This document shows positions 26,477 to 39,779 of a stretch of 64,000 bases of DNA, piece after piece. The position numbers and the translations under genes are program-made. The DNA is from Ginglymostoma cirratum. Lineage: Eukaryota. The stretch is taken from positions 46,976,936 through 47,040,935 of the forward strand of contig JAHRHZ010000016.1 of NCBI GenBank assembly GCA_024137785.1, in the 5' to 3' direction. The notes below the pieces were generated by a model that saw only the letters and a program-made list of their open reading frames with translations, was not told where the DNA came from and did no database searches. Position 1 is the first letter of the stretch; every line of letters starts with the position of its first letter.

Positions 26477-26817
26477 GGGAGGCAACGGCCTAGCGGTATT
26501 ATTGCTGAACTGTTAATCCAGGTAATGTCCTGGGGCCGCAGATTCGAATCCCACCACGGCAGATGGTGGATTTTGAATTCAGTAAAATTCTGGGATTAGG
26601 AGTCTTACGATGACCATGAGACCATTGTCGACTGTCAGAAAAACCCATCTCGTTCATTAATGTCCTTTAGGAAAGGAAACTACCATTGTTACCTAGTCTA
26701 GCCTACATGTGATTCCAGACCCAACGCAATGTGCTGATTCCTAACTGCCCTCTGGGCAATTAGGGATGGGCAATAAATGCTGGCCAATCCAACAACTCCA
26801 CCATCCCATGCATGAAT
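26477..26817 (+). mobile_element. tRNA-derived Deu-domain SINE (SacSINE1-like), full length
   Basis: A-box-like ggcctagcggt; B-box-like gattcgaatccc; central aaaacccatct..ttcattaatgtcctttagg..ggaaa; tail ggcaattagggatgggcaataaatgctgg. Confidence 0.8.
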
Positions 26818-27739
26818 AGTAAAAGTATTTCCTTTTATACATTTGGAGTTAGAGGTAAAATCATTTTGATGACTTCTCCCCAACAGTTACATAAATCTAC
26901 AGAATGGGGAGAGAGCATATTTTCAGTAGAAATTGGGCATTTTTTCTACTATACCTTTGCTAATATGTTTCTATTTCTGTTTCTTTTCAAATTTTTATTT
27001 AGTACAAAGGCTGTTCACTCTCAAAATTGAGTTTAGTGAGTTAGTTAGCCATGATGGAGCAACTTTTACTACTATCACAAATATTGTTTTGTCACAAACA
27101 AGAAAGCAAAACAATTAAAAGATCAAATTGATAACCATAAATGGTGTTGCCCTCTACCTACACTGCCAGTTAGGCACAGCTGTGTTATCATTTAAACCAT
27201 GATGTTTTAGAGTAGGGGTGCTCAACCTACAGCCTGCAGATGACATGGTCCACAGTGTTTCATACAGCCTGACATCTGTTTTACTGATAGACCAATTTTA
27301 TAAATCATTCGTAGGGTTCTCATTTAATAATTGCATACCCTTATGTGAGAAGGATTATGTACCAGGAAAATAATGATATCGAGTGAAAGTTAATATTTCT
27401 AAAATTTTTTTACGTTTTGTGTGTTTTTTTGAAGCCAGAGCATTATATAGGTAAGAATGTGTGGAGGATTTCGCAAAGTGCTGCTCCTCTGATCAGATGG
27501 CCTTTCTCTTCTGTGTGCACTGTTGCAGGCTTACAGGTGAGCCTATCAGGAGCAAAAATGAGAGAGAGAACCTGTCTGTGATTGGAGGAGCAGTGAGCAA
27601 CCCAAGGTCTGGATCCATGGTGTTAAATCTGGAGTTAGGTCTGGGAGTAGATGACTTTTGAGGAGACTCTGGCTTAAGGAAGATGGGAAGGAGATAAAAG
27701 TCACGTGGAGAAAGCAATGACAGTCTGATGGCAGAGGGG

Positions 27740-29365
27740 TACTACGGCAGTCCTTGTGTACAGGACAGGGTATACCTGCTGCAGGTATGTCTTGTAGACA
27801 AAAAGCAAGACAAAGCCAACCCAGCCAATTATCATCACTCAGCCTGCTCTCAATTATTCATAAAGTGTTCGAAAGTGTCCTCACAGTGCTGCCAAGCAGC
27901 ACCTGCCAAGCTATAACCTGCTCACTGATGCTCAGTTTGGGTTCTGCCAGAGCCACTCAGCACCTGACCTCATTACAGCCACTGTATAATCATGGACAAA
28001 AGAGCTGAATAGCAAGGGGACATCAGTTACTGTCCTTGCCATCAATGCTGCGTTCAACCAAGTCTGATATCAAGGAGTCCTACCAAATTTGGAGTGAATG
28101 GAATCAGGAAAAATTCTCCACTGGTTGCAGTCATACCTGGAGCAAAAATAGATGGTTGTGGTTGTTGCTTAGTCATATTAGCTTCAGGACGTCTCTGCTG
28201 GAGTTCCTTAGGATAGATATTTTAGGATAGATATGTTCAGCCCATTCAGAAATGTTATGACCTATTGCTGGAGCAGTTAAGACTTGAACCTGCCCTTCCT
28301 GGTTCAAAGGTAGGAATGCTATTACTGTGCCACAAGTGCCTTCAGTTCACTGGGGTATATATTTTTAACCAACCTGTTCAGAGATACTATTCATCTCTAG
28401 AGCAGGTGGGACCTGAACCTGGGCTTTTAGCTCACAGGTGGAAACACTGCCATTGCACCACAAGAACTCTTGGTTCCTTAGGATCATGTCCTAGGCCCAA
28501 CCATCTTCAGCTGCTTCATCAACAATCTTCCCTGCATCATAAAGTCAGATGTGAGACGTTCACCAATGATTATAGAATGTTCAACACCATGTGCAATGCC
28601 TCAGATACTGAAGCAGTTCATGTGTAAGCCTGGGTTGAAAAGTGGCAAATAATGCTTGTGCTACACACATACCAGGCAATGGCATCGCAATATGAGACAA
28701 TGTCACAAATGTCCCTTGATATTCAATGGCATTAGCATCACTGAATTCCCCCACCACCAACATCCTGGAGGTCACCATTGACCAGAAACTGAACTGGACT
28801 AGTGAGGGGCAAGGCATACTCCAGTGAATAATTTATCATCTGTCTCTCCATAGCCTAGCTACAATCTACAAGGCACAAGTCAGGAGTGTAATGGAATGAT
28901 CCCCACTTGTTTGAACGTGTGCAGCTCCAGCAACACTCAAGGGACTTGAAACCAAGCAGAACGATGTAGGCTATTTGATTTGTACTACATTCACTCCCTG
29001 CACTAGTGACAGTCAGCAGCAGCATATCCCATCTATAAGATGATCTGCAAGAGTTCACCAAAGCGCCTAAGACAGCACCTTCCAAAGCCATGACCACTTC
29101 CACGTAGAAGGACAAGGATAACAGATACTTGGGAACCACGCAACTTAGTCTCCAAAACCACTCACCATCCTGACTTGGAAATTAATCACTTTTAGTATCA
29201 CTTTCAAAATCTTGTAATGCCTTTTGTACTGACCTTGTGGGTCTACTGACAGCCCCTGGACTGCAGCAACTTAAGAAGGCAGCTGACCACTACCTTCTCA
29301 AGGGCAACTGAGGCATAGGCTAAATGCTGGCCCAGCCAGTGATACCCACAACCCAAGTGTGAATT
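27740..29365 (+). mobile_element. CR1/L2-group LINE (RT and 3' tail), decayed, interrupted at 28215-28472
   Basis: KKQDKANPANYH..S motif, aacctgctcactgatgctcagtttgggttctgccag (NLLTDAQFGFCQ), and the shared 3' tail. Confidence 0.8.
28215..28472 (-). mobile_element. Dimeric short tRNA-like SINE insertion with 12-bp TSD
   Basis: Two ~110-bp related units (gagcag...gac.tgaacctg...tg..cacaag); TSD gttccttaggat at 28203-28214 and 28473-28484. Monomer relatives at ~2275-2360 (-) and ~5510-5600 (+). Confidence 0.65.
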
Positions 29366-30111
29366 GGAAGGTCAGGCCATGAAGGTGAGCATCGTGGGGA
29401 GAAATTACAGTGAGGCCAATGGGTTGCTGCCACGAATTATACTTGCTTTTACTTCTCATTTTTTAAGATTATTATATAATTATTTAAGTTTGCATTTAAG
29501 TATCGTTTGGGGGAAGGGGTCAGTATGATTTGGAGTATGGCTGTGCTTGACCACTTTCATCTCAACTGGTAAGGTAATAAAATCATGATAGAAATGTTTG
29601 AAGTGCAGTGATCCATGGATTATTTTCTTGAAGTTAAAGGAGCAGAATAAGCCATGCAGAAAGAGAGGGATAAATGTCTGTGTACTGGAAGGGGGTGGTG
29701 TTGAGATGTGACATGGAAGTGAACAAGAGAGATAACTGTGAGTGAGAAAGGAGGCAAGGGATGGGAGTGTGGGAAAGGAAAACAGACTGGAGAGAGAAGG
29801 ATACCCCAGACTGAAATTCAACTCTCCTCTAACCCCGCCCCCCACCTTTCCTGTGAATTCCACAGAGGCCAACTCGAAACGTGCCCTACCAAAGGTTAGC
29901 ATTATTTAAACCTAACTCCTTAGCTCAACCTAGTCAGTACCCCTTCTCTGATTATCATGACTTGGAGCTCATTGTTTTTCCTGGCTTGGCTTCTCAAACA
30001 AAAAAAATTGGCTTTTTTTTTAATTGAGCTTTTGTTGCGTGGCACGTTTTGATCATTATTCCTCTAAATTATCAATCTGTTGCTTGAGAATTTTTTGATA
30101 AAATTCATGTT

Positions 30112-30842
30112 TAAAGAATACAGGCATGGACTATTTTCTGAACGGTGAGAAAATTCATAAAGCCGAAGTACAAAGGCATCTGGGAGTGCTAGTACAGGAT
30201 TCTCTAAAGGTTAACTTGCAGGTTGAGTCCGTGATTAAGAAAGCAAATGGAATGTTGTCATTTATCTCAAGAGGGTTGGAATATAAAAGCAGCGATGTGC
30301 TTCTGAGACTTTATAAAGCTCTAGTTAGGCCCCATTTAGAATACTGTGTCCAATTTTGGGCCCCACACCTCAGGAAGGACATACTGGCACTGGAGCATGT
30401 CCAGTGGAGATTCAGACGGATGATCCCTGGAATGGTAGGCCTAACATAGGTTGAGGGGAGATCTAATAGAAACTTACAAGATAATGCATGGCTTAGAAAG
30501 GGTGGACGCTGGGAAGTTGTTTCCGTTAGGTGGGGATACTAGGACCCGTGGGCACAGCCTTAGAATTAGAGGGGGTCAATTTAAAACGGAAATGAGGAGA
30601 CATTTCTTCAGCCAGAGAGTGATGGGCCTGTGGAATTCATTGCCATGGAGCGCAGTGGAGGCTGGGACGTTGAATGTCTTCAAGGCAGAGATTGATAAAT
30701 TCTTGATCTCGCAAGGAATCGAGGGCTACGGGGAGAGTGCGGGTAAGTGGAGTTGAAATGCCCATCAGCCATGATTAAATGGCGGAGTGGACTTGATGGG
30801 CCGAATGGCCTTACTCCCACTCCTATGTCTTATGGTCTTATG
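30112..30842 (+). mobile_element. CR1 LINE 3' portion, comparatively young
   Basis: ORFs 30126-30449 (LYKALVRPHLEYCVQFWAPHLRKDILALE) and 30451-30756; tail cctatgtcttatggtcttatg. Confidence 0.92.
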
Positions 30843-32134
30843 TTTACTGTTGTGATAAGCGTTATCTTTCTGAAGTTTGCTCACTAGCCCTTCTAGGATG
30901 GGGAGCAATCATAATGTGGCCCAATCCACAGGAGCGCACCCCTATTTTGGAACTAGTTCAAACTTCCATATCTAGTTTCTTCAGTACAAAATGCGGATAA
31001 TACCAAAAAACATTACTAACTTGGATGGAATAGTCATTGCTAAGTGGAAGGAAAGAAGTTTTGCGAGGAACAACAATGTTTGCAACTTTCCAACAATCCC
31101 TTTTGTTACAATTTGCACAGCTTTCTAGTAGCATTCCTTTGACTTCTTTTAACATGTTAAATAATACCAGTTATTTGGGGATTTTTGGTTCAGTAGCTTC
31201 CCATTGTTCAGGGTGATACTTGTAAATAGCAGGTCTTGATTAGCTTTGTGAATGACCAGTCTTGCTATCAATGATTAAACACCAAATTCTGAGATTTACA
31301 GTAATATTGTTTGTACCAACTGAATTTTAATTTGTGCCTTTATTCAGTTGATAATTGCAGTGGAAAGTTCCATGAACTTAGTATTTCCAGGAGGGCCATT
31401 GGACCCTGACAAACACTGACATTTCAAGCAGAGCTTTATAGTTACCTGTTGTGAATTTTGCCATCTTTATCATGTGTTGCAAGCAATATTCCAATTTTTT
31501 TCCTGCTTATGCAGAAAGGGAAGCATGATCAAAATCATTTGCAAAAGTATTTGAATTGATATTATTTTGTTTCCTTGTTTCTTTAACGGGTTGTTGATTC
31601 CTTTTTAATTTGATCCTTTTAATAAGCCAATAGTATTTACACATTTATGGATGTTTAAACTCCAGTTTAATTTTAATACATAAAACAATACATTTAGATT
31701 TTCATGTATCTGAGTGTAAAATATCACTTATCCTGCAAGGTCTACTAGCTGGATGTATTGACCTTGTTTTTAATGGCACTGAGCGGTTCCTAGGCTTACC
31801 TGCCCTGGGAATTAGTCCTGCAATTTGACATCACTGGGAAACTGTGAAATTCATCAGAACTACTGTATCCGTGCTGAAATTCAGCAACAAAAGAATAGAA
31901 ATATGGGACATAATAGAATGGAGAAGGGGGGTTTGATCTGTTTGAGTGATGAAAGAAAGATTTGTATTTATCTAGAACTTTTCAAGGCCTTACTGATTGG
32001 TTAAAATGGCTTACATCCAATGACTTGAGCAGAGTTTGTAAATGCGGTTGGTGTTTGGTATATTTGTGGATTCTTGGTACCTTTTCAAGTGATGCCCAAG
32101 CTTAGCAGCACTAGATTGTGTGTTTTATTTTCTT

Positions 32135-32695
32135 GTGGGCTACTGGCTGACCAGCATTTATTGCCCATCCCTAGTTGCTCTTTAGAAGGTGGTGGTGAGC
32201 TGCCACCGTGAACTACTGCAGTCCCACATGCTGTTGCTAGGCCCACAACGCCATTACTGAGGGAATTCCAGGATTTTGACTCAGCGACAGTGAAGGAATA
32301 GCAATATATTTCCAAGTCAGGATAATGAGTGGCTTGGAGGAAAACTTGCAGGTTCTGGTGTTCCTGTGTATCTGCTGCCCTTGTCCATCTAGATGAAGGT
32401 GGTCATGGGTTTGAAAGGTACTGTTTAAGGATCTTTGGTGAATTTCTGCAGTGCATCTCTTAAATAGTACACACTGCTGCTACTGAGCGTTAGGTTGAGA
32501 TAGCAGCTTTGTGCGATTGTGCCCATCAAGGGTACTGCTTTTTCCTGGAATAGTGTCAAGCTTCTTAAGTGTTGTGGGAGCTGCACCCACCCAGGCAAAT
32601 GAGGAGTATTTCATCAGACTTCTGATTTGTGTCTTATAGATTGTGGACAGGCTTTGGACGTTCAGGCGGCGTTAGTTGCTGCAATATTCCTAGGA
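32135..32695 (-). mobile_element. CR1/L2-group LINE 3' end
   Basis: ctggctgaccagcatttattgcccatccctagttgc is the reverse complement of the shared tail. Confidence 0.8.
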
Positions 32696-32787
32696 ACCTT
32701 GCAGATATTGAAATCACTATCTAGTCCCTGAGTGTGTCTCTGTCTTTAAGTGATCACACATGAGAATGTTTCCAGTTGTCAGCAAAA

Positions 32788-32866
32788 TAGGCCCGAAACG
32801 TCAGCTTTCCTGCTCCTATGATGCTGCTTGGCCTGCTGTGTTCATCCAGCTCTACACCTTGTTATC
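32788..32866 (+). mobile_element. 5'-truncated PLE-terminal repeat (same family as 54767-54864), lacking CTGATGA
   Basis: taggcccgaaacgtcagctttcctgctcctatgatgctgc...acaccttgttatc ends at the same nucleotide as the 54864 copy. Confidence 0.85.
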
Positions 32867-35800
32867 ATAGTTAAGGATAGCTAGTTCCCCATTGCTTGAC
32901 AATCTTTGAAAATCAACTTCTTATCTGAAAATCATATATGGCAACAGGATAGAGAGAGTATGGTGCGTGCATGTGTTTGTTGTGTGTGTGTGCCTTCTCT
33001 ATACTTAGTGCAGTTTCTGAAATTTACAGAATTCTGACAAAACTACAAGTGTGTAGTTCATGCAAAAAAGTCCACCTGAATTAAACTTGGCCTCTTGAGA
33101 AATTATTTTGAAATGAGCTTGTGCTAAGAGTCTGAAGATTTTCATTGTGATATGAAACGTGACCAAAATAAGCTAGTTTTTTTTTTAAAAAGGCATTTTC
33201 TTTCTCATCCCCAGTGTTGCTCGTGAATTTTAGAATACACTTTTTTTTTTTGCCTGTTGTTTTTGTATGGTTCTTTCCTCTTCCAACCACCCCTTTTATG
33301 TCTGCTAGCTTGCTTTTTTTTTATCTGCTCAGATTTTTGTCTCTTTTGTTTCCTTCTGTCTCTGTTCTCTTCTGCTTTCCTCCACAGGGGTAGCTTTTGG
33401 CTCACAGATCAAGAGAGTGAACTGACCAGGGCACAGTTCAACTTTCAGGTCGTGTGAAGAATATGGCCAGGGCAGTGGGCCAGCACTGGATAGTGAGAGG
33501 TGATCAGTATGACACCACAAAATTTTAAGTCAGGTGGGTGGCATATAGAGCACAATATTAAAAATTGAAGAGTCAGAGGATTGAAAGGTAAATATGTGTG
33601 GTAAGTATGCATGCTGAATCTGAAAGGTTTAAGAGGAATCTGCTGGATGTAAAAACTTGAAAGTAAAAACGTTTCATGCAAAACTTTATGTACTGATCTC
33701 TGTCCTTCTGTTCTGTACTCTTCTGTGTGATCTTTCATGTGTTTGGTGCTGTCAGTGGATGCAAGGAAGAATTTTTTTATGCCTGCATTTTTAATGAGAA
33801 TAACTTATATTCACTTTGGGAGACTGCAATCCTTATTGAAATTTCTACTGTCATTTGAAATGTTCTGGTACGTTAGGGGTAAAGTGAAATTTATATTTGT
33901 GTGTTAAGTGTTAGTCACTGCATCAAAGTTAGTTGCTCTTTAAATTTGAAGAGGTGGTGCCCCCATTATGTATAATATTGCTTAGGTGCCTGACTAGGTA
34001 CCATTTCACAGCGGAAGTAAAGCTTATTTCTTCAATCACCGTTTGTAGTGAATGAGTTTCACTGTTTGAAATGCTGAAATGATTACCTTAATATCGGCAG
34101 GGCAACAGATACTAGCTGCTCGCAATCAATAGAATGCAAACCAAAATCTTAACTGTGAAGTAGCATATGATTTATTCTAACACTTAAAATAATCATTTTG
34201 CAGCCTTTGATTTTTAGCAAAGGTATATCGTTTATGAAAATATAAAAATGTTGTTTTACGGTTATATCTGTGTGTAAAGTGTCTAACATCATTTGCTGTA
34301 GACATAATGCTTGTTTTCACAGTGCAAGCCTATTTTCTAGAGTCTGCAGTGTATATAGTTATGATGAGAAATTTGCCTGGGACTGTACTTGTTGGAGCAG
34401 AAAGATATAAGTAGCTTAGAGGATTATTTAAATGTTGAAAGAGTTTAAGTGGGTAAGTATTATAGAATTGTATTTGTTGGCCAGTGAATCAGTAATATTG
34501 AGTGTACTTAAGCTCAGGGTTAATATGAGAACCAATAGTTAGAAGCATATTCTCATGAGATGGTGCTGCAATATGGCCTCTGATGTCTAGTCTTTTGAGA
34601 AATTTTAAATTTCACAAAAATCAGCTCCTGTATCAGAACATTATAAATCGTGTTCCCTGAGATGACTGTGCTTTGTTCTTTTTAAAAACTTTTTGTTCTC
34701 AAAAGAACAAGAAAGTGGAAATTAGAAGGCTGCACAGCTACCCGTCTCTGTCTATTAATTAGAATGTCTCATCTGTGATTTTCTGCAAAGTCCTATTAGT
34801 GGAATTAATACCAATCATTCACCATCTTTCCTGAGGTGATCAGCAGATTAGAGAAATTCCTCTCCAGAGTTTTCTGAAAGGAAGGATTGGAAGGACTTGA
34901 ATGATTAAAAATGTCATTCAGGAGTAAATTTGCTTAATTTACTTTATTCTGAATATATTAGTTCTGCCCTGATTAAGAAGGAAGATTGTAGTCCAGTTAT
35001 TTGGATGGTTTTGGAGAACATCATTATATTATGCACATGATAAAAATTAGTTAAGAAATTAAGCAAAACCACCTGGTTTAATTGCTGTAAACCCATGAAT
35101 GATGTCGGTCTACTCATGAAAAGCCATCTTTCTCATCAAACCACATTTTAAATTGTAACTCTGTGGAAGTAGAGTGAAGTCATGCTAATGATACTTAAAA
35201 CTGAAACTCAGGAACAAAACATGATCTTGCTGATCTCAATGTCTGCGTTGGACCATTATTATTTGAACTCTTGACTCATTCAGAATCGTTCAAAGCTACA
35301 TTATGCATTTTTATAGTAGGTTACAATATTTTCGCCACAACTTTTGCATTAACTTCTCCTGTACACCTGAAACTTGATCTTTATTTATTGGAAAATCGTG
35401 TGCCTCGTTTACTGAGGCTTGGTGACTAAAATCAGTGCCTCATGCAGTGCAAATTGTTATAAGGCCTGAGAGTGTCGAATTTAATTCCCAATCTACATTA
35501 ATTAATTGATCTCATTTGGTGAAGTAATTATATCATTGCAATTGGCCTTGGTGCCTCTGTTCAGAAAGAGTTAATCTGTGGGAATTGCTATTGCTGCTTG
35601 CCATGCAGACCGTCTTGTTGGCAAAATGAATGCGTGTGTGTAGATGTCAGGTGCCTCTATTGTGCATTTTTTAGTTGATTAACTCAATGCTGTTATAGTT
35701 CAAATGAAGGATTAGTTAGCAGGGTTTACTTGTTGGATCCTGCATCATTGTAACCTAGTAAGAGTTGGTGCTTTCAGGAGGCAAAAAAAAGGGTACTCAG

Positions 35801-35933
35801 TTTTACTGAATCAGGATATAAAATGACAGTTTCTTCTCAATGACTGTGACTCCTGGGTATAAGTCAGTCACCAAAATGTATGTTCTAATTTACTGGCAGT
35901 GTTCAAGGTACTTGTCCTCATTGTATTTTGAAG

Positions 35934-36041
35934 GGGAAGTCACAGAAGAGGAACTTATCAGGCGTTTACAACAGGTGAAGGACGGTGTCATTCAGAACAA
36001 CCCTGACACACGGAGAAGTGAAGGCTCTGGTGACAACAGAG
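35934..36041 (+). CDS. RLIM: RLIM second coding exon (108 nt, phase 1-1)
   Basis: (G)EVTEEELIRRLQQVKDGVIQNNPDTRRSEGSGDNR; acceptor ttttgaag|, donor AG|GTAAGC; frame joins both neighbouring exons. Confidence 0.93.
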
Positions 36042-37469
36042 GTAAGCAATTAAATAATGGTCCCAGCTGTGTGGTATATAAACTTAATGTATGAACTATA
36101 TATTTTGGCATGTTTCCACTTTCCCTATCTTTGGGGTCAACATAATATGCACATGGGCATAGAATGACAATGTGTCTGCAACAGTATTTGAGCTGACTGA
36201 TTACAACAGATCACTATGATGTTACAATCTGATGCTTCTCTTTCCCTGGAAGGACTTAGCCAAAATTTTTTTGTCCTGGAACCCTCCCCCTCTTCCTCCA
36301 GTTTGATGTAGAATTTGGGCAATTAACCGTTTGACAATTTCTGTATTAAAGACTAGCTAATTCATTTTGTGGTCAGGCTGTTTCCCACCAGTATCCATTC
36401 TTTCCTCTGAGTAACCTTTTGTTCCTTGTGAGTGCAAGAGCTGAGGCTGTCTTGCTCACTGTCCAAATTTATGCAGTATCCACAAGGAATAACTGAACTG
36501 TACTATATCTATGACCGCTGAACTGGCCATCATATCTATATTAGTGCTGTCAAGTTAAGATGTTTCATTTCAGTAACGTCCACCTTTCATAGGATTAATG
36601 CCTGGCTGGACTGGATTTGGAGAAATTGTAATCTATTAGCACGTGAAAATCATGACACTTAAGTAGATACTGCTGCCTCCTTTAAAGTCCCACCTTAAGC
36701 CATTGAGCCTATTTATTCACTATGGTTACCAAGGCTGTGTTGACTTACTCTTTTATGGTGTCCTTTGCAAGCGGGCAAAATGTTTCGCTTCTCCACGAAT
36801 GATCCTCATTAGTTTTAGCTCCTGAGTTGTTTTGGATTTCCAAAACCAGCCAGTTTCCAGGATTTCCCCTCAGGAATTTTCCAAGGAGTTTAGCTTTCTG
36901 GACCGGTTGGCAAAATCTGAGAACAAATGTTAAGGGCATAATACTGTCAATCTCAGTGCATGTGTGACTTAAGAAAAGGAGTTAATTGAAGATGTTGGCC
37001 TGTTCACAAACCTGTTTACAAACATTCATCCGGTCATAAGGCAACATACATCATTACCCAAATCTCCAAGTAGCTAAAGAATTGTTTGAAAAACACAAAT
37101 GAGGCACAAAATTGGGACTTCAGCACAGATTCTGTTGGACTAGAATGTGTCATTTGAACGGATGCTGCAACTGATACTATTAAAGGACTGCTGAAACAGT
37201 GCTAAACGCTATTTTGATATTAATGTTTTGCCAGAAGCTGACATACGCATTAACTCACTATAATCAGTGATCTGTATGATTGGTAATATAAAACTGAAGA
37301 CATGATCAATCTGCCAAGATGAACAACAACATAATTTGCCCCATGCTATTGAGCACAAAATTGATAGGAAGTACTAAAAGATGACAGTTTTTAGTTGAGA
37401 ATCACCGATCTTACTGTACCTTGTTCAGTCATGTAGTATTTAAGATTTATCAACCTTTGTGCCTGTCAG

Positions 37470-38152
37470 CCTGAACCACACTGTTCACAAACTTGGTGTC
37501 ATACTTGATTCTCTGAGCTCCCACTGCATCCACAGCATATTTAAGAAAATCTGTTTCTCCCTGTATAACGTTACCTTAATCTGCCCTTCCATAACTCATC
37601 TGCTGCACCCATGTCGTTGTTAGCTCTGGATGTGACTACAATGCACTCCTTGCCACCTCCCATTTTCTACCTTTTGTAAATTTGAGATTATCAAATTCTG
37701 CCCATGGCCGAACTTGCCCCATCCTATTCACTCATCTGTGCTTGTTCACCTCTGTGATTCTTGGTTCAAAAATTCCTTGATTACAAAACTCTCATCTTGT
37801 ATCAGATCCCTGTATGACCTCAGATGCTCCGTATCTCAAATCCCACCCCCCCCCAGGCCTAAAATCCTCCTTAGTATCTGCGCTCGTAATTCTGAGCTCA
37901 CGTGTCCCAAGTTTTAATAACACGATCTTTGGCAACTGTCAATTTCTGAAACTCTGGAATTCTCTCCCTAAACATCTCTTCCTTTCTCCTTTGAGATTCT
38001 CCTTAAAACTGCCCAGTTGACCAAGCTTTTGGCAATTTAAACAGCATCTCCGTAGAAGGCTCAGTGTCCTTTTTTTTTTTCTCAATGCTCTGAAAAGTGC
38101 CTTGAGATGGTTTGCTCAAATGAAGGTACTCTGTAAATGAAAATTGTTGCTA
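37470..38152 (+). mobile_element. L2-like LINE 3' fragment
   Basis: aacttggtgtcatacttga (LGVIL), KLWNSLP motif in ORF 37814-38020, tail aaatgaaaattgttg. Confidence 0.65.
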
Positions 38153-39779
38153 AAGGAAGTATTTTTAAATCTAGACTCGCCAAACTTGTATGGCCTGTTA
38201 ATTTGGCCTTCAAAAACAAGGGTATTCAATTCTAATTATGCTTATTTATCCTTTAATGTCAATTAAGAGCCTTGAAGAATGCTGTTCTTGACACTTATAC
38301 CACATTTGTCGATCATTTCTCCATCAGATGTTTTAATTCGCAAAACTATGTACTTAAATAATTCATACAGTTACCTGAGCATGCCTGCTGTAACCTAGTT
38401 ATATAATTGTGCTTTGTTACCCACAATTACTTGCCAGAACAAATGCTCCTTTTGTCGACGTGGCTTCAGAGCTTCTTTTTTACTTTTGCTGAACTAGTTT
38501 CACAAGTTTTTCTGCTGTACCCAATTTGTATGTGTTCCTCATGTACCTCCAGCTGTTCCTTAACCATCTTCCCAACTACACTGATCACATGGACTTATAC
38601 TTTACCCTCTTTTAACCCCTTAACTTTACTGGTCATGGTCCTGGTCTTCACTCCCACAGCTACATTACTATTTACTATTGTTGAATTTCCCCACTCTGCG
38701 AGCACTGACACTATTGTGCATCTCTACTTATTGTGCTCTTGGATGATCATCTTTTAGTTTCTTGGTAACTCTCTTCTCATCCCTTTGATTCCACTGACAA
38801 ATCTCCAGCAGCAGAGGTATTGATATTGTGCTCCTAGAATGTCTACTGTTTTCCCTTAAACTTCATAACTGTCACTGAATCTGAGCACTGTTTTTGTGGA
38901 TGCCCATAGTTGACGCCACCCTGGCTACATCATCATCATCATCATCCCTTCACAGTTTTACTTTTGGGCTTCCTCATCTCTGTCGTCTCCTCCCTGTTCT
39001 CCACTTAGGAGTAACATGTTTCTCCTCGTATGCGTAAGCTCAAAATGCCTTTGTGTCCACTTAAGTGCATGTTTTGGAATAAAAAGGCAATCTTACACAA
39101 GGCCATTCCTGTTCATCTCATTGTAACTCTCATTAATTGTCTGTAATTTTTTACAAAAGGTGCAGAAACAGAGACCTCTTGTGAAACGTGCTTAAATATT
39201 TGTAGCTGAAGGAACAAGTTAAGTTGGCTTCTCTGCCACTTTTGATCTCATTTATTTTGTTGAGACTCCCTTCTTAGTAAACTGCTGATCAGTCAGTTCT
39301 TACTTTGGCCCCCATATTAGTTGACATTGTAATTGGTTCCTTTCTTTGAATACTATAAACTTTGTCTCAAGCCTCATTGCGGTCCTATTTCTCCGAGAAA
39401 GGCCTTTTGTTCTTGCATATTAGTGTCCTATTCTCAATCTCCTGTTTCATTGTAAAATCCTTAAGTGTGTTTTCATCTCCCAGGTCCATTTATAGTATTG
39501 CGCATAACTGTCACTGAAGGTTGCAGAGGACTGAAGAAGAATGTCCTAATGTCAGAGAAGATTCTGTTTGTAACTTTGATTAGGGGCATTTCAGATGCTT
39601 TGTCATGGACGGTGACTTGATTGAATTCATCAAACGTGGCGTTGCAGGAAGAGCAGAGACCTGGGAGACAACAGTGTGTTCAAGGACTTGAGGATGAAAA
39701 TATGAAAAGAAAACTGGCTTCTATGTAAGCTAGATTGTACTTGGCAGAAAGTGTGGGAGTATGGTTAACTGCATCGGTG

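Noticed and set aside
26477-26560. tRNA gene (A/B-box-like sequence), also at ~40920-41010
   Set aside because: No complete cloverleaf; it is the head of a SINE.
33170-33400. Lys/Arg-rich and Phe/Leu-rich short ORFs
   Set aside because: Low-complexity pyrimidine tract with no coding evidence.
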